Positions 49,689 through 61,791 of a DNA stretch of 64,000 nt are shown in pieces. Numbering within the stretch: the stretch's first letter is position 1; each line of letters opens with the position of its first letter. The stretch is from an uncultured Gemmatimonadales bacterium. GTDB lineage: Bacteria; Gemmatimonadota; Gemmatimonadetes; Gemmatimonadales; Gemmatimonadaceae. A model generated the notes under the pieces. The model was not told the origin of the DNA. It did not search any database and worked only from the letters and a program-made list of their open reading frames with translations. The position numbers were made by a program, and so were the translations under genes. Location of the stretch: contig CAWBZV010000003.1 in assembly GCA_963793305.1 (NCBI GenBank), positions 672,001-736,000 on the forward strand, given 5' to 3'.

Positions 49689-52600
49689 GTGCGACCCTCC
49701 GGTTCTGGTCTAGTCCTGTCGGCGACGGATCTTTCGAATTTCTTGAGCTGTCGGCGCCGCACTGCGCTCGAAATGGCCGAGGCTCTCGGGCAACGCCGCC
49801 GTCCGTACAAGAACGACCCCCTTCTCGAGCTGCTCTTCAAACGCGGTCTGGAACACGAAAAGTCGTATGTCACATCGCTCCAGGCGTCAGGCCGCCAGAT
49901 TGTTGATCTGAGCGGCTCGGGAGGCCACGATGAAGCTGTGGACCGCACCCTTGAGGCCATGAGGTCGGGTGCCGATGTGATCGTCCAAGGTGCGCTACGG
50001 AATGCACAATGGTTCGGCCGGCCGGATGTGCTGCAGCGAGTGCAAACCGCCAGCGCGCTTGGAACGTGGTCCTACGAGGTTACCGACACGAAGCTCGCCC
50101 GCGAGACCCGGGCGGGCACGATCCTCCAGCTCGGCCTCTATTCCGAGTTACTCGCCTCCGCACAAGGAAAGTGCCCAGAGCACTTTCACGTCATCACGCC
50201 GGCCACCGTCCCGACGCCCCCATACCGCGTCGATGACTATTCCGCGTACGTTCGGCTGATCCGTACCCAGTTGGAAGAGACGGTCGTTCGCGACTCCGGC
50301 ACGGTGGCAACCGAGAACTACCCTGAGCCGGTCGAGCACTGCGAGATATGCCCGTGGTGTCAAGAATGCGATGCAAAGCGTCACCGCGACGACCACCTCT
50401 CCCTCGTGGCGGGAATCTCGAGGCCCCAGCGCCGGGAGCTCAATGCAAACGGCGTCGCAACGCTCACGGCCCTCGCGCAACTGGCGGTGCCGTTGCCGTT
50501 CAAGCCAAAGCGTGGGGCGGCTGAAACCTTCGTTCGCGTTCACGACCAAGCGAGAGTGCAACTTGAGTCGCGCGGCAAGACTTCTCCAACGTACGAGCTG
50601 CGTGACTTCGAGGACGCCGAAGGCCTGCTGCGATTGCCGGAGCCATCACCCGGGGATCTGTTCCTCGACCTCGAAGGTGATCCCTTCGCCGTTGAAGGCG
50701 GGCGTGAGTACTTGTTCGGCGTCGTGAGCCGCACGGGCGATTGGGGTCCAAGTTACCGCGGGTTTTGGGCAGTCAGTGACGACGAAGAACGCCAAGCGTT
50801 CGAGTCGGTGATCGATCTCATCGTGGCCACGTGTCAAACGCACCCGACGATGCACGTCTATCACTATGCTCCATACGAGCCCTCTGCCTTCAAGCGACTT
50901 ATGGGTCGCTACGCGACGCGGGAATCCGAGCTGGATCGCCTGTTGCGCGCCGAGCGATTTGTTGACCTCTACGCGGTCGTTCGCCAAGGTCTGATCGTGG
51001 GAGTCGAGCAATATTCGATTAAGAACTTGGAGTCGCTATACGGCTTCGCCCGAGCCATTCCGCTCAGAGATGCCAATCGATCCCTCCGCGTAGTGGAACA
51101 CGCCCTCGAGCTCAACGCCCCGGGTGATGTTCCCGAAGAGGTGCGCGCGACCGTCGAAGGCTACAACAAGGATGACTGCCTCTCGACGCTTCATTTGCGC
51201 GATTGGCTCGAGGAAGTGCGAGGCAACGCTATAGCGGCCGGCGCTGACCTACCGCGGCCAACGTCTGGCGCGGCGGAGGCATCGGATAGGGTCGATGAAC
51301 GCGCCCAACGCGTCGACGCGCTGCGCGCCAAGTTGCTAAGCGGCGTTACGTCTACAGCGGTCGAACCCGAACAGCGAGCGCGCTGGTTGCTCGCGTACCT
51401 GCTCGACTGGCACCGACGCGAAGATAAGGCCACGTGGTGGGAATACTTCCGGCTGCGCGATCTCACCGACGACGAACTGACGGAAGAACCCGAGGCGATC
51501 GCCGGAATGGAGTTCGCCGCGCGGGTGAGGTCGGTTACGCACGGGAAAACCGGCAAGCCAACCGGATCGGTTGTCGACCGCTACCGGTTCCCTATCCAGG
51601 AAATGGAAGTTGGCTCACGGGATGAGCTGAAGCTGACCGGTGGGACGGCATTCGGGCGGGTCATAGACGTTCGATCGCGCTGCCCGAACGATCGATATCC
51701 AGAAGGGCGCCACTCAAGCCGGCATTCATCCTGCCGCGGTCTTCGCGCACACGTACGTGCGTACTGACGTGCTAGAGGATGCGATCTATTCTATAGGCGA
51801 GAGGGTTGTCGCGGACGGCGGACTCGCCGTCGGCCCGAAGGACTCAGATCGGGCGGCCAGAGACCTTCTTCTCGCGCATGCTCCGCGCCTTGCCTCCGGA
51901 GCCTTCAGATCCGAAGAACCAGAAGTCGAATTCGCAATTCGGACCATTGGGGACCTCGACGACACGGTGCTCGCGATTCAGGGTCCACCGGGCTCGGGAA
52001 AGACGTATTGTGCGGCCAGGATGATCCTCGAGCTCGTGTCGAAAAGCAAGAAGGTCGGCGTTACAGCAACAAGCCACAAAGTGATTCGCAATCTTCTTGA
52101 TGCTGTTGGGCGGGAGGCCGGGAAGATCGGATCTTCCGTGCGCCTCGCGCATAAGTGCGACGACGATGGCATCGGGGCAGGCGCATTAGCCATACCACTA
52201 GTCGCCGACAACGAGAAGGCGCTTCGACTCTTGAAGGCAAATGAGGCCGACGTCATGGGTGGCACCACTTGGCTTTGGGCGCGGGATGAGTTCGTGAACG
52301 CTGTTGACGTTCTATTCGTCGATGAGGCTGGGCAAATCGCGCTCGCAAACGTCCTAGCGGTCACAAGGGCTGCAAAGAGCGTCGTTCTCCTGGGCGATCC
52401 ACAGCAGCTCGAACAGCCGCACAAGGGGAGTCACCCGGAAGGTGTCAGCGTATCTGCGCTTGAGCACATCATCGGCGACAATCTTACCATTGCGCCGGAT
52501 CGCGGCGTCTTCCTTCCGATCACATGGCGACTCGCACCCAACATATGCTCATTCACATCGGAGCTGTTCTACGAAGGTCGACTGCGGGCAAAGCCAGACC

Positions 52601-53163
52601 TCGATCGTCAACGCTTGCGCGGCACCGGCGAATTTGACGGCAGCGGGCTGTGGCTCGTGGAGGTGGAGCATGACGCAAACCGCAACTTCGCGCCGGAGGA
52701 GGTGGATGTAGTCGCGGAGCTCGTCACTCGACTGACAGCTTCCGGCACGCAATGGACCAATCAGGCAGGCGAGTCGCGGCAGATGACCGGTCAGGACATT
52801 CTTGTGGTCTCGCCCTACAACGCCCAGGTCAGTCGATTGGCGGAACGGCTAACCACCGCAGGTGTGCGTGTCGGCACAGTAGACAAATTCCAAGGTCAAG
52901 AGGCGCCGGTGGTGATCTACTCGATGGCTACTTCTCGCCCCGAAGACGCGCCGCGTGGAATGGAGTTCCTCTACAGCTTGAATCGTCTCAACGTTGCGAC
53001 ATCTCGTGCACGTTGCGCCGCAATTCTTGTGGCGAGTCCCAAGTTGTTCGAACCCGAGTGCCGCACTCCGAGGCAGATTCGGCTGGCAAACGCGTTGTGT
53101 CGGTTTCGGGAATTGGCGCAGCTGCGAACATTCGCGAGAGTCGAACTCGGCGGCCAACCATGA
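49689..53163 (+). CDS. TM0106-family RecB-like nuclease + RNaseH-like + SF1 (DNA2/NAM7) helicase, frameshift near 51670
   Basis: SATDL..FL.C, GRPDVL, D.KLA, QL.LY, FLDLEGDP, YHYAPYE, YNKDD; IQGPPGSGKT, VDEAGQ, GDPQQL, TVDKFQGQE, NRLNVATSRA. Confidence 0.9.
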
Positions 53164-53580
53164 CAACCCGAATCTCTGGCAGTCCTTCCTTCCTCCTATA
53201 TAGTAGCGAACGCATTGACGGCGTTCTGCAGACGAACAACGGCAACAGCCCGAGCAGCTTCGCCTCGGCAGTGGCCTCATTCAGGATCCAACAATCAGCT
53301 CCTCGGTGAATCGGCTCTTCCGCATCTGAGCTTCCAGGTCGCGCATCGGCGATCAGTGTGATCATAAACTGGCTCACATTGGGGGAACGTCGGTTCCGCA
53401 CTGAGCCGAAACGAGGTCTCCTTGCTGAGTCACCCGGCCATAGGTAAATACAGTCGCCACAATGTTTTGCACGCCAATGCCGCGAACGATTCGGCGGCGG
53501 ATAGTATTTACATTTCGGGCGTCTCACTTCGCGACGCTGTCAGGGGCATGTTGCAGATTCCATTTCGGACTCCAAGTCAG

Positions 53581-54198
53581 GTGACTGAAAAGCCGTACAG
53601 CCTCAGCTTCACCGCCGCCTCACTTAGGCCAGAACTGGCGCGCGTTGTGGCCGAGCATTTCCTCAACCTGGGTGACTGGGAGGCGGTCAGAAGGGAGATT
53701 CTCGCTGTCAACGCGCTCCAGACGCGCACTCCGGCTAGCGGCGTCCGGCTTGAACGTGAGCTTCGGCAGCGCCTGATGACACTCACACCCGAACAGCTTC
53801 GACTTCTCTCCAACGGCTCGACCGATGAACGGGCTGCCATGTCGTGGCTCGCAATGCTCAAGTACAACGCGTTCGTCTTCGAATTCGCCGCCGAGTCCCT
53901 GAGGGAGAAGCTCGCAGCGCGAGATGCGACCCTCAGACCGTCCGACTACGAAACATTCATTGATTCAACGGCTATCGCTCATCCCGAACTCCCCGGACTC
54001 AAGGAATCGTCGAGAAAGAAGGTTCGCGCGGTGCTTCGGCGCATGCTGACCGAAGCTGGATTGCTTGTCCCTGGCGATGCCCTGGGCACACTTCAACGCG
54101 CGGTTCCAAGCCCGTCAACGCTCGCTGTCATCCTGAACGATAGCCCTGCATGGCTGGCTGGCTTCCTGTTCCCCGATGCGGACATCGCCCGTCTGTGA
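53581..54198 (+). CDS. brxA: BREX BrxA (DUF1819)
   Basis: YSLSFTAASL...NALQ.RT..S..R..REL..RL; position at head of BREX operon. Confidence 0.85.
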   Translation: MTEKPYSLSFTAASLRPELARVVAEHFLNLGDWEAVRREILAVNALQTRTPASGVRLERELRQRLMTLTPEQLRLLSNGSTDERAAMSWLAMLKYNAFVFEFAAESLREKLAARDATLRPSDYETFIDSTAIAHPELPGLKESSRKKVRAVLRRMLTEAGLLVPGDALGTLQRAVPSPSTLAVILNDSPAWLAGFLFPDADIARL

Positions 54199-54815
54199 GC
54201 GCTCAGGATCTTCACGCCCTCGCAGAGCGCCTCTACAAGATCCTCAGCAGCCCGGACTTCCTGGCGATGAAGGGCCTCGGTAATGAGGTCCCGATCTTCA
54301 TCCAAGCGTACGATCCGGCGCAGGAAGTCGGTGTGCGTCAGATGGCTGATGGCCTGACGGGTCGCATGCGGAGCAGGGGCTTGGTGGTAAAGACGCTGGA
54401 CCTCTTCACGCTAGTTCTTGAAGAGCTCGAAGCGCACGATCTCCTGAACGACATCATGGAGAGCGAAGCGAGCTGGGAGAAGGTCGAGCTGTTCGAGACG
54501 CTCAGGAACTACTCTGATCCAAAAAAGCATCTGATTCCTCGTCTGATGCGTGCGATCGGCGACGACACGCAGATCACGCTCCTCACTGGCGTCGGACGCG
54601 TCTACCCGTTCCTGCGTACGCATACGATCCTCGAATCATTGCAGCCCGCGATGCTGCCGCACCCGGTTGTGATGTTCTTTCCTGGCGAATACACCCAAGA
54701 GGTGGGTGGTGGCTCGCACCTCAGACTCTTCGGCAGACACCCAAGCCCGCGCATTCACAATCCGTACTATCGGGCGCTGAACCTCGATAACTACCGTCTA
54801 GCGGACACACGATGA
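54195..54815 (+). CDS. brxB: BREX BrxB (DUF1788)
   Basis: GLGNEVPIFI..YDP..E, LTGVGRVYPFLRTH.IL, MFFPGEY, LRLFG, YYRA.N. Confidence 0.93.
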   Translation: MSAQDLHALAERLYKILSSPDFLAMKGLGNEVPIFIQAYDPAQEVGVRQMADGLTGRMRSRGLVVKTLDLFTLVLEELEAHDLLNDIMESEASWEKVELFETLRNYSDPKKHLIPRLMRAIGDDTQITLLTGVGRVYPFLRTHTILESLQPAMLPHPVVMFFPGEYTQEVGGGSHLRLFGRHPSPRIHNPYYRALNLDNYRLADTR

Positions 54816-57800
54816 AAATCAAGGACCTCTTCCTGAAGCCGGTCGAACGCCCGATCGACGGCGTGATCAAGGCGGACGACGACCGCAATCTCCAGACAGA
54901 ACTTGAGGAGTACGTCATCACGCGAGACGTGGCAAGGGGTCTCAGCAAGCTCACCGAGCGCTACCTCGATGACCGCACGGCAAACGGCGTGTGGATCTCC
55001 GGCTTCTTTGGCTCCGGGAAGTCACACTTGCTCAAGATGCTGTCGCTCGTTCTCGACGGCCGCCCACTTGCGAACGGAACGCGAGGGGCGGACATCCTCC
55101 TTCCTGAAGATTGAGGACGAGATCGTCCAGGCTGCTTTGCGCAAGGCCGCAGGAGTGCCATCTCGCAGCATTCTTTTCAACATTGACCAAAAGTTCGACG
55201 GCATTGGCGGCGACCACTCGGCGCCCATTCTCGAAGTGTTCGTGAAGGTCATGAACGAGATGCAGGGCTACTACGGCAACCAGGGCTACATCGCGCAGTT
55301 CGAGCACGATCTCGACAAGCGCGGGGAATTTCAACCATTCCGAGTCACGTACGAAAAGGTCAATGGCCGCACATGGGAGGCGGACCGTGAAGCCATTACC
55401 ACGGTGCGTGCTCCGGCATTCGACAAGGCGTACGCTGAACACTTCAGCATTCCCATCACAGACGCGCGCGGGGTGATCAAACGGGTTCGCGAGGACTACA
55501 AGGTCTCCATTGAGAGCTTCGCGCATCGCGTACGTGATTACATTGACAAACAACCGGCGGGGTTCCGCCTCAACTTCTTCATTGATGAGGTGGGCCAGTT
55601 CATTGGCCAGGATTCCAAACGCATGCTCAACCTCCAGACGGTGGCCGAGACGCTCGGCACTGTCTGTGGAGGCCGCGCCTGGGTGTTCGTCACCTCCCAG
55701 GCGGATCTCGAAGGCGTGCTTGGTGATTTCAGGAACCTCCAGGCTCAGGACATTCTCGAAGATCCAGGGGCGCTTCAAGACGCGCATCACTCTGGCGAGC
55801 GCCGACGTCCGCGAGGTTATTCAAAAACGTTTGCTTGCCAAGAAGGAGACCGAACCCGCGGAGCTGACGGTGATTTGGGACAGGGAGAAAGACAACCTTC
55901 AGACGCTATTCCGATTCGGCGATCAGTCTCGATCGTACAATGGCTGGCGCGGAAGCGATGAGTTCTGCGGTCTGTACCCGTTCCATCCGTACCAGTTCGA
56001 GCTGTTTCAGGAAGCCATCGCGCAGCTCTCGAAGCATGGTGCCTTTACCGGCCGACACCAGTCAGTCGGTGAGCGATCCATGCTTGCGGTATTTCAGGAA
56101 GTCGCGAAGTCGGTCCGCGACGATCAGGTAGGCCGGCTCGCGACGTTCGACCACATGTATGATGGAATCGCCGCGTCGTTGCGCGGCGACATGCAGACGT
56201 CGATCAAGTTGGCCGAGCGGCAACTCGGCGAACTGCAGCTCCGCATCCTCAAGTCGCTCTTCTTGCTCAAGTGGGTACGCGAGTTCAAGGCGACGCCGCG
56301 CAATGTCGCCATCCTCCTCATCGACCGTCCCGACCTCGACATACGAGCCCACGAGCTGGCGGTGAAGGAAGCACTCGCCCTACTGGAAAGCCAGTCCTAC
56401 TTCCAGCGGAATGGCGATGAATACGAATTCCTGACCGATGCGGAAAAGGACATCGAAGTCGAGATCAAGAATACCGAAGTTGACGATTCAGCCGTCGCCA
56501 AGCTGTTGGTCGATACGCTGTTCAGCGACGTGTTGCGCGACCAGAAGGTCCGCTACGACGCCAACCAGCAGGACTACTCGTATGCACGGAAGCTCGACGA
56601 CGCAATCATGGGACGTGATGCGGAAATCGGCCTGAACGTCGTCACGACAGAGCATCCCAACTACGGACAGTTGGCGACGCTCGCCGCGCAGAACATGGGT
56701 CGTCCGGAGCTACTTGCCGTGTTGCCCGCGGACACGCGGCTGACCGACCTCGCTAGGTTGTACCTGAAGGCGGACAAGTACATCCGGCAGAACTCGGGCG
56801 GCAATGACGCGAATCGGCGGACGATTCTCGAACAGCGCGGTCAACAGAACGCCGCGCGCCGCGCCGAGATGATCACGCTGGCGAACGACTTCCTGAGTCG
56901 CGCGACGCTCTTTGTCAATGGCGCCCGATCGGAGACCGCAGGCCACGGTGAGCCCCGGGCCCGATTCGGCAAGGCGCTTCAGGAACTGATCGCCTTTGCC
57001 TATCCGAGCCTCAAGATGTTGAAGGGGAGCTACGACGAGCGGGCGCTCTCGAAGACACTCCTCGACCCGGACGATCTGATCGAAGGCACCGAGCGTCCGC
57101 TCACCGAAGCGGAGGCCGAGATTCTCACGTATGTTCGGCGCAATCAGGACGACGGGCAGCGCACATCCATAGAAGAGATGGTGCGGGAGTTCGGGCGCAG
57201 GCCGTACGGTTGGTACCCGATGGCAGTTCTCACGGTGGTGGCTCGGCTGTTCCGGATGGGCAAAGTTGAGTTGCGCGGTCCCGACCTCCTCGACGCGCAG
57301 GGCGCACTGGACAAGCTGCGCAGCTCACGGCAGCACGGAAGTGTTCGAGTGCGGCTTCAGGAACTGATCGCGCCGGGACAGGTAAGTGCGCTCAAGAACT
57401 TCCACCACGATTTCTTCGATAGTGCCAATGATGGCACCGACGCACGCTCGGTCGCGCAGCGAACCTCCGATGCGTTCCGAGCGAGGGCGCGAGTGGTCCT
57501 GGTACTGCTTGATCAGGCGTCACGCTATGCATTCCTCGCTCCGCTGCGCCCCGTGGCGACACGCCTCGAGCAGCTCGCAGGGCGAGATCACACGTGGCTT
57601 CTCAAGAACGTGACGGAGTTCTCGAACGAGCTACTCGATGCAAAGGAGAACCTGCTCGGCCCCATCGAGGCGTTCATGCATGGCCAGCAACGGGTGGCGT
57701 ACGATGAGGCAATCGCATTCCTGCGCGAAGAGGGCGCGAACCTTCCGGAGCTCCCGGCCGTCGACGTACAGCCACTTCGGGATCTCGAGGCGTCACTCGC

Positions 57801-58317
57801 CCCATATCGCGGAAATCTCGTACCGAATGCGAAGTCTGCTGTCGGCCGGTTGCGCAGCATGCTTGCCGACCTGTTGACCGCGGAGCGTGATCGTGGCGTG
57901 GGCGTGGTGGACGAGCACGAGTCTCGACTGAAGGCCGACGTTGAGTTCACCGAGCTAACAGAGCCTGCTCGGAGCAAGGTGCTCGCGTCCTCGGTGGCCG
58001 CGCGCACCGATCTCCGGGCGGCGCGCTTTGTCTCAGGCGTGCGGGATCGGCTCAACCGGTACACAGATCGCGAGTATCCGGCGCAGCTCACGCTGCTGGC
58101 ACGTCTCGCCGCGCAGGAGGCCGCGTCACGTCAGATGGATGACGGTGAAGAAGTGTCACCACCGCCGGCGCCAATTCAGTACACCCCGGCCGCTTCTCTC
58201 CGTCCGGCATGCTCGTTCTCCTACGTTGCCAACGCCGAGCAGTTAAACCAATGGCTCGCAGCTCTGCGCGTGCTGGCACAGGTTGAATTGGCAAAAGGCA
58301 ACCGTATCAGCCTCTGA
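54812..58317 (+). CDS. brxC: BREX BrxC P-loop ATPase, frameshifts near 55105 and 55755
   Basis: PIDGVIKAD, EEYVIT, GVWISGFFGSGKSH, DEVGQFIG...LNLQT, VTSQ, KIQGRF, YPFHPYQF, GERSML. Confidence 0.93.
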
Positions 58318-58330
58318 TCGAGACGCATTC

Positions 58331-61300
58331 TTGAATACTTCTGCTCTCAAGTCATTCGCTCCAGCCGTCCGCCGCGAACTGATCGAGGCGGTTGGACGGA
58401 AGCTCGACGTTGTCCTCGCGACGCAGACGCCCGACTATCGGACGACGTTCGCGGCGCAAGTCGCCACGCTTCGCAAGTTGGAGCGTGCGGATCGGACTGG
58501 GCTTGTCGAAAAGGTGGCGTACACCTGGTTCAACCGCCTCACGGCGCTCCGCTACCTAGACGCGCGAGGGTGGCATCCATTCCGGGCGCGCGTGTTGACG
58601 TTGTCCGATGAGGGTTCTACGCAGCCCGAGCTACTTAAGTTGGCCCGTGACGGCGCGCTGCCGGATGAGCTCAAGCGACATACCGATTCAGCCAGGCTTG
58701 ATGGCCTTCTTGACGGCAAACTCCCGTCATCCAACCCGCAGGGTGAAGTCTACCGCCATCTCGTGTTAGCAAGCTGTCGGTTCTATCACACGCTGCTTCC
58801 CGATGTGTTCGAGCGTCTGGACGACGCGACCGAGTTGCTGCTGCCGGACGATTTGCTCACCGAGCAGTCGGTGGTGCAGGGGTTCCGCACGGAGATTACC
58901 GACGAGGACTGCGCCGACGTCGAGATCATCGGCTGGCTCTACCAGTTCTACCTCGCTGAGCGCAAAGACGAGATCATGGCGCGCAAGAGCTCTGTGCCAA
59001 CTGAGGACATTCCCGCGGTAACGCAGCTCTTCACACCGCACTGGATCGTCCGCTACCTCGTCGAAAACTCCCTTGGCCGGCTCTGGCTACTGAATCACCC
59101 GGACTCGCGGCTGCGCGAGCACATGCCCTACTACATCGAGAGTGAACCCGAGACCGACTTCCTCAAGATCACGAAGCCTGAGGACATTCGCGTGTGCGAT
59201 CCCGCCGTCGGCAGCGGGCACATGCTCACCTACGCCTTCGACCTGCTCACCCTCATTTACGAGGAGGAAGGTTACGCTCCCACCGAGGTTCCCGCCCTCA
59301 TCCTGCGCCACAATCTCTTTGGCATAGACATCGATGCTCGGGCGGCGCAGCTCGCCGAGCTAGCCCTCGTCTTCAAGGCCCGAGAAAAGTCCCGTCGCTT
59401 CTTCCAGCCAGACCATCTTGTCCGGCCCAACATCGTTGAACTGCGCGACGTGCGCTTCGCGGACAATGAGCTGCGAGAGTACATCCGCGCGCTAGATCTG
59501 GGGGCTCTCTTCGATGCGTCACTGATCGAACTGCTTCACCAATTCGAGGAGGCGAGGAATTTCGGCTCGCTCATCCAGCCGTGCCTCGACGAACGTGCCA
59601 TCGCCTTCGCCCGCCGAGCCATCGAGGCGAAGGACCTCGGCGGCCAGCTTTTCCTGAGCGAAACGCACCTCAAAGTCCTGCGCGTGCTCGAACAAGCCCA
59701 GGCGCTCACCCAGCGGTATTATGTCGTCGTGGTCAATCCGCCGTATATGGGCGGCAAAGGAATGAATCCGCGTGTAAAGCAGTTCTTACAAGAACATTTT
59801 GCCGACTTCAAGGCCGACATGTTCGCCGGTTTTATTGTGCGCTCGCTTGGTTTGGCTGTTCCGAGCGGTCAGCTCGGATTCATGACACCGTTCGTTTGGA
59901 TGTTCATTTCTACCTATGAAAAACTCAGGCAGCATATTCTGGGAAAGGCGACCATCACTTCTCTTGTACAGCTTGAATACTCCGGCTTTGACGGTGCAAC
60001 TGTTCCAATTTGCACCTTCACATTGGAAAATCGGCGTCGCGCGACCGGCACTGGATATTATGTTCGATTGACGAGCTTTCGCGGAACAGACAACCAAGGG
60101 CCAAAGACGATCGAAGCAGTGAAGAATCGCAGTTGTGGCTGGTTCTACGAGGCCAATTCAGATGACTTCATGGCGATCCCAGGTAGCCCGATTGCCTACT
60201 GGGCCAGCAAAGCCGTCTTTCGGTCTTTCAAGAGTGCGACGCGGTCGGTCGCCAACTTTGTCGAATCAGAAGGAAAGAACGTCACCACCGACAATGCGCG
60301 TTTCACTCGTTGCTGGTGGGAGATTGATGTCGGTGAATTAGGTGAATCACCCAAACGATGGTTTCCGTTTGCCACAGGTGGAGGTTTTCGAAAGTGGTTC
60401 GGAAACATGACGGACGTTGTAGATTGGTCTCCCAAGGCTCTACAGCACTACAGGCAATCGCTTGCCGGCCGTTTAATTCGCGAGGAATTTTGGTTTCTTC
60501 GCGGTATTACGTGGAGCAAAATTACGTCAAGTAGAGCGAGCTTTAGGATTCTACCGCGCGAGCAGACATACCAAGAAGTAGCCATTCTTGTTCGCCCCCG
60601 AGAATGAAAGACTGCTTATACCTCTGCTCGGATTTCTAAACTCTGTCGTATCTGAAAGGTTGCTGCAGATTCTTGCACCTACACTCAACTATCAGTTGGA
60701 CGATATCTGCAGGCTGCCTTGGCATGATCCCTCAGATCAACACCATTGCAACAAACTCGTTGAAGCACTGCTGAGCGATTCTCGCGCCGACTGGGACAGC
60801 TTTGAGACCTCGTGGAACTTCCGCGATCTGCCGTTGCTGCGGCCGGGGTTGAAGGGCGCGACACTTGAGGCGGGGTGGCGGAGTTGGGAGGCGCAGAGCA
60901 CCGCCGCCATCCGCCGCATGCAGGAGTTGGAGACAGAGAACAACCGGCTCTTTATCGCCGCCTACGGTCTCGACGGCGAGTTGCAGCCCGAAGTGCCCGA
61001 GGCGCAAATCACCCTCGCTCGCGCTGATGTGCGCCGCGACGTAGCTGCCTTCCTCTCGTACGCCGTCGGCTGCATGATGGGCCGCTATTCCCCCGACCAC
61101 CCCGGCCTCATCCTCGCGAACGCCGGCGACACACTGCGCGAGTTTCTGGCAAAGGTGAACCGGCCGCAGGATCAGCTCGCGTTCGCCCCCGACGAGGACG
61201 GCATCATCCCTGTACTCGATGGCGAGTGGTTCGAGGACGACATTGTCGCTCGCACCCGCGATTTCCTTCGCGCCACCTTCGGAGAAGCAACCCTACGGGA

Positions 61301-61778
61301 GAATCTCCGCTTCATAGAAGACTCTCTCGGGAAGGACCTACGGAAGTATTTCCTCACCGACTTCTACAAGGACCATCTCCAGACCTACAAAAAACGCCCC
61401 ATTTACTGGCTGGTGCAAAGCCCCAAGAAGGGGTTCGGTGCACTCGTCTATCTCCACCGCTACACGCGAGACACTCTGAACATCGTCCTCAATCGCTATC
61501 TACGAGAGTACGTCGTACGGCTGAGGAGTCGCGATGCACAATTGGCGCAGTCGCTCGCTGGCGAGTCACTGACCGCTCCCGAGCGCAGCACCACTCGCAA
61601 GGAATCAGATAGAATGGCGAAGGTTCTCCATGAGTGTGAAGAATGGGAGCGCGAGTCGCTCCTTCCGCTCGCCCAGCAGCGCATTGAACTGGATCTGGAT
61701 GATGGAGTGAAAGTGAACTACCTCAAGCTCGCTGACGTCCTGGCTCCGATCCCGGGCCTCGCGGCTGTCGAGGAATGA
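58331..61778 (+). CDS. pglX: BREX PglX (BrxX) adenine methyltransferase, frameshift near 60590
   Basis: AYTWFNRL, EIIGWLYQFY, TQLFTPHWIVRYLVENSLG, DPAVGSGH, NPPY, KKRPIYW, LDLDDGVKVNY. Confidence 0.95.
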
Positions 61779-61791
61779 GAGTCGATCCGAG

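Noticed and set aside
53160..53580. Small ORF or BrxR-type regulator upstream of brxA
   Set aside because: No WYL/HTH motif or convincing reading frame.
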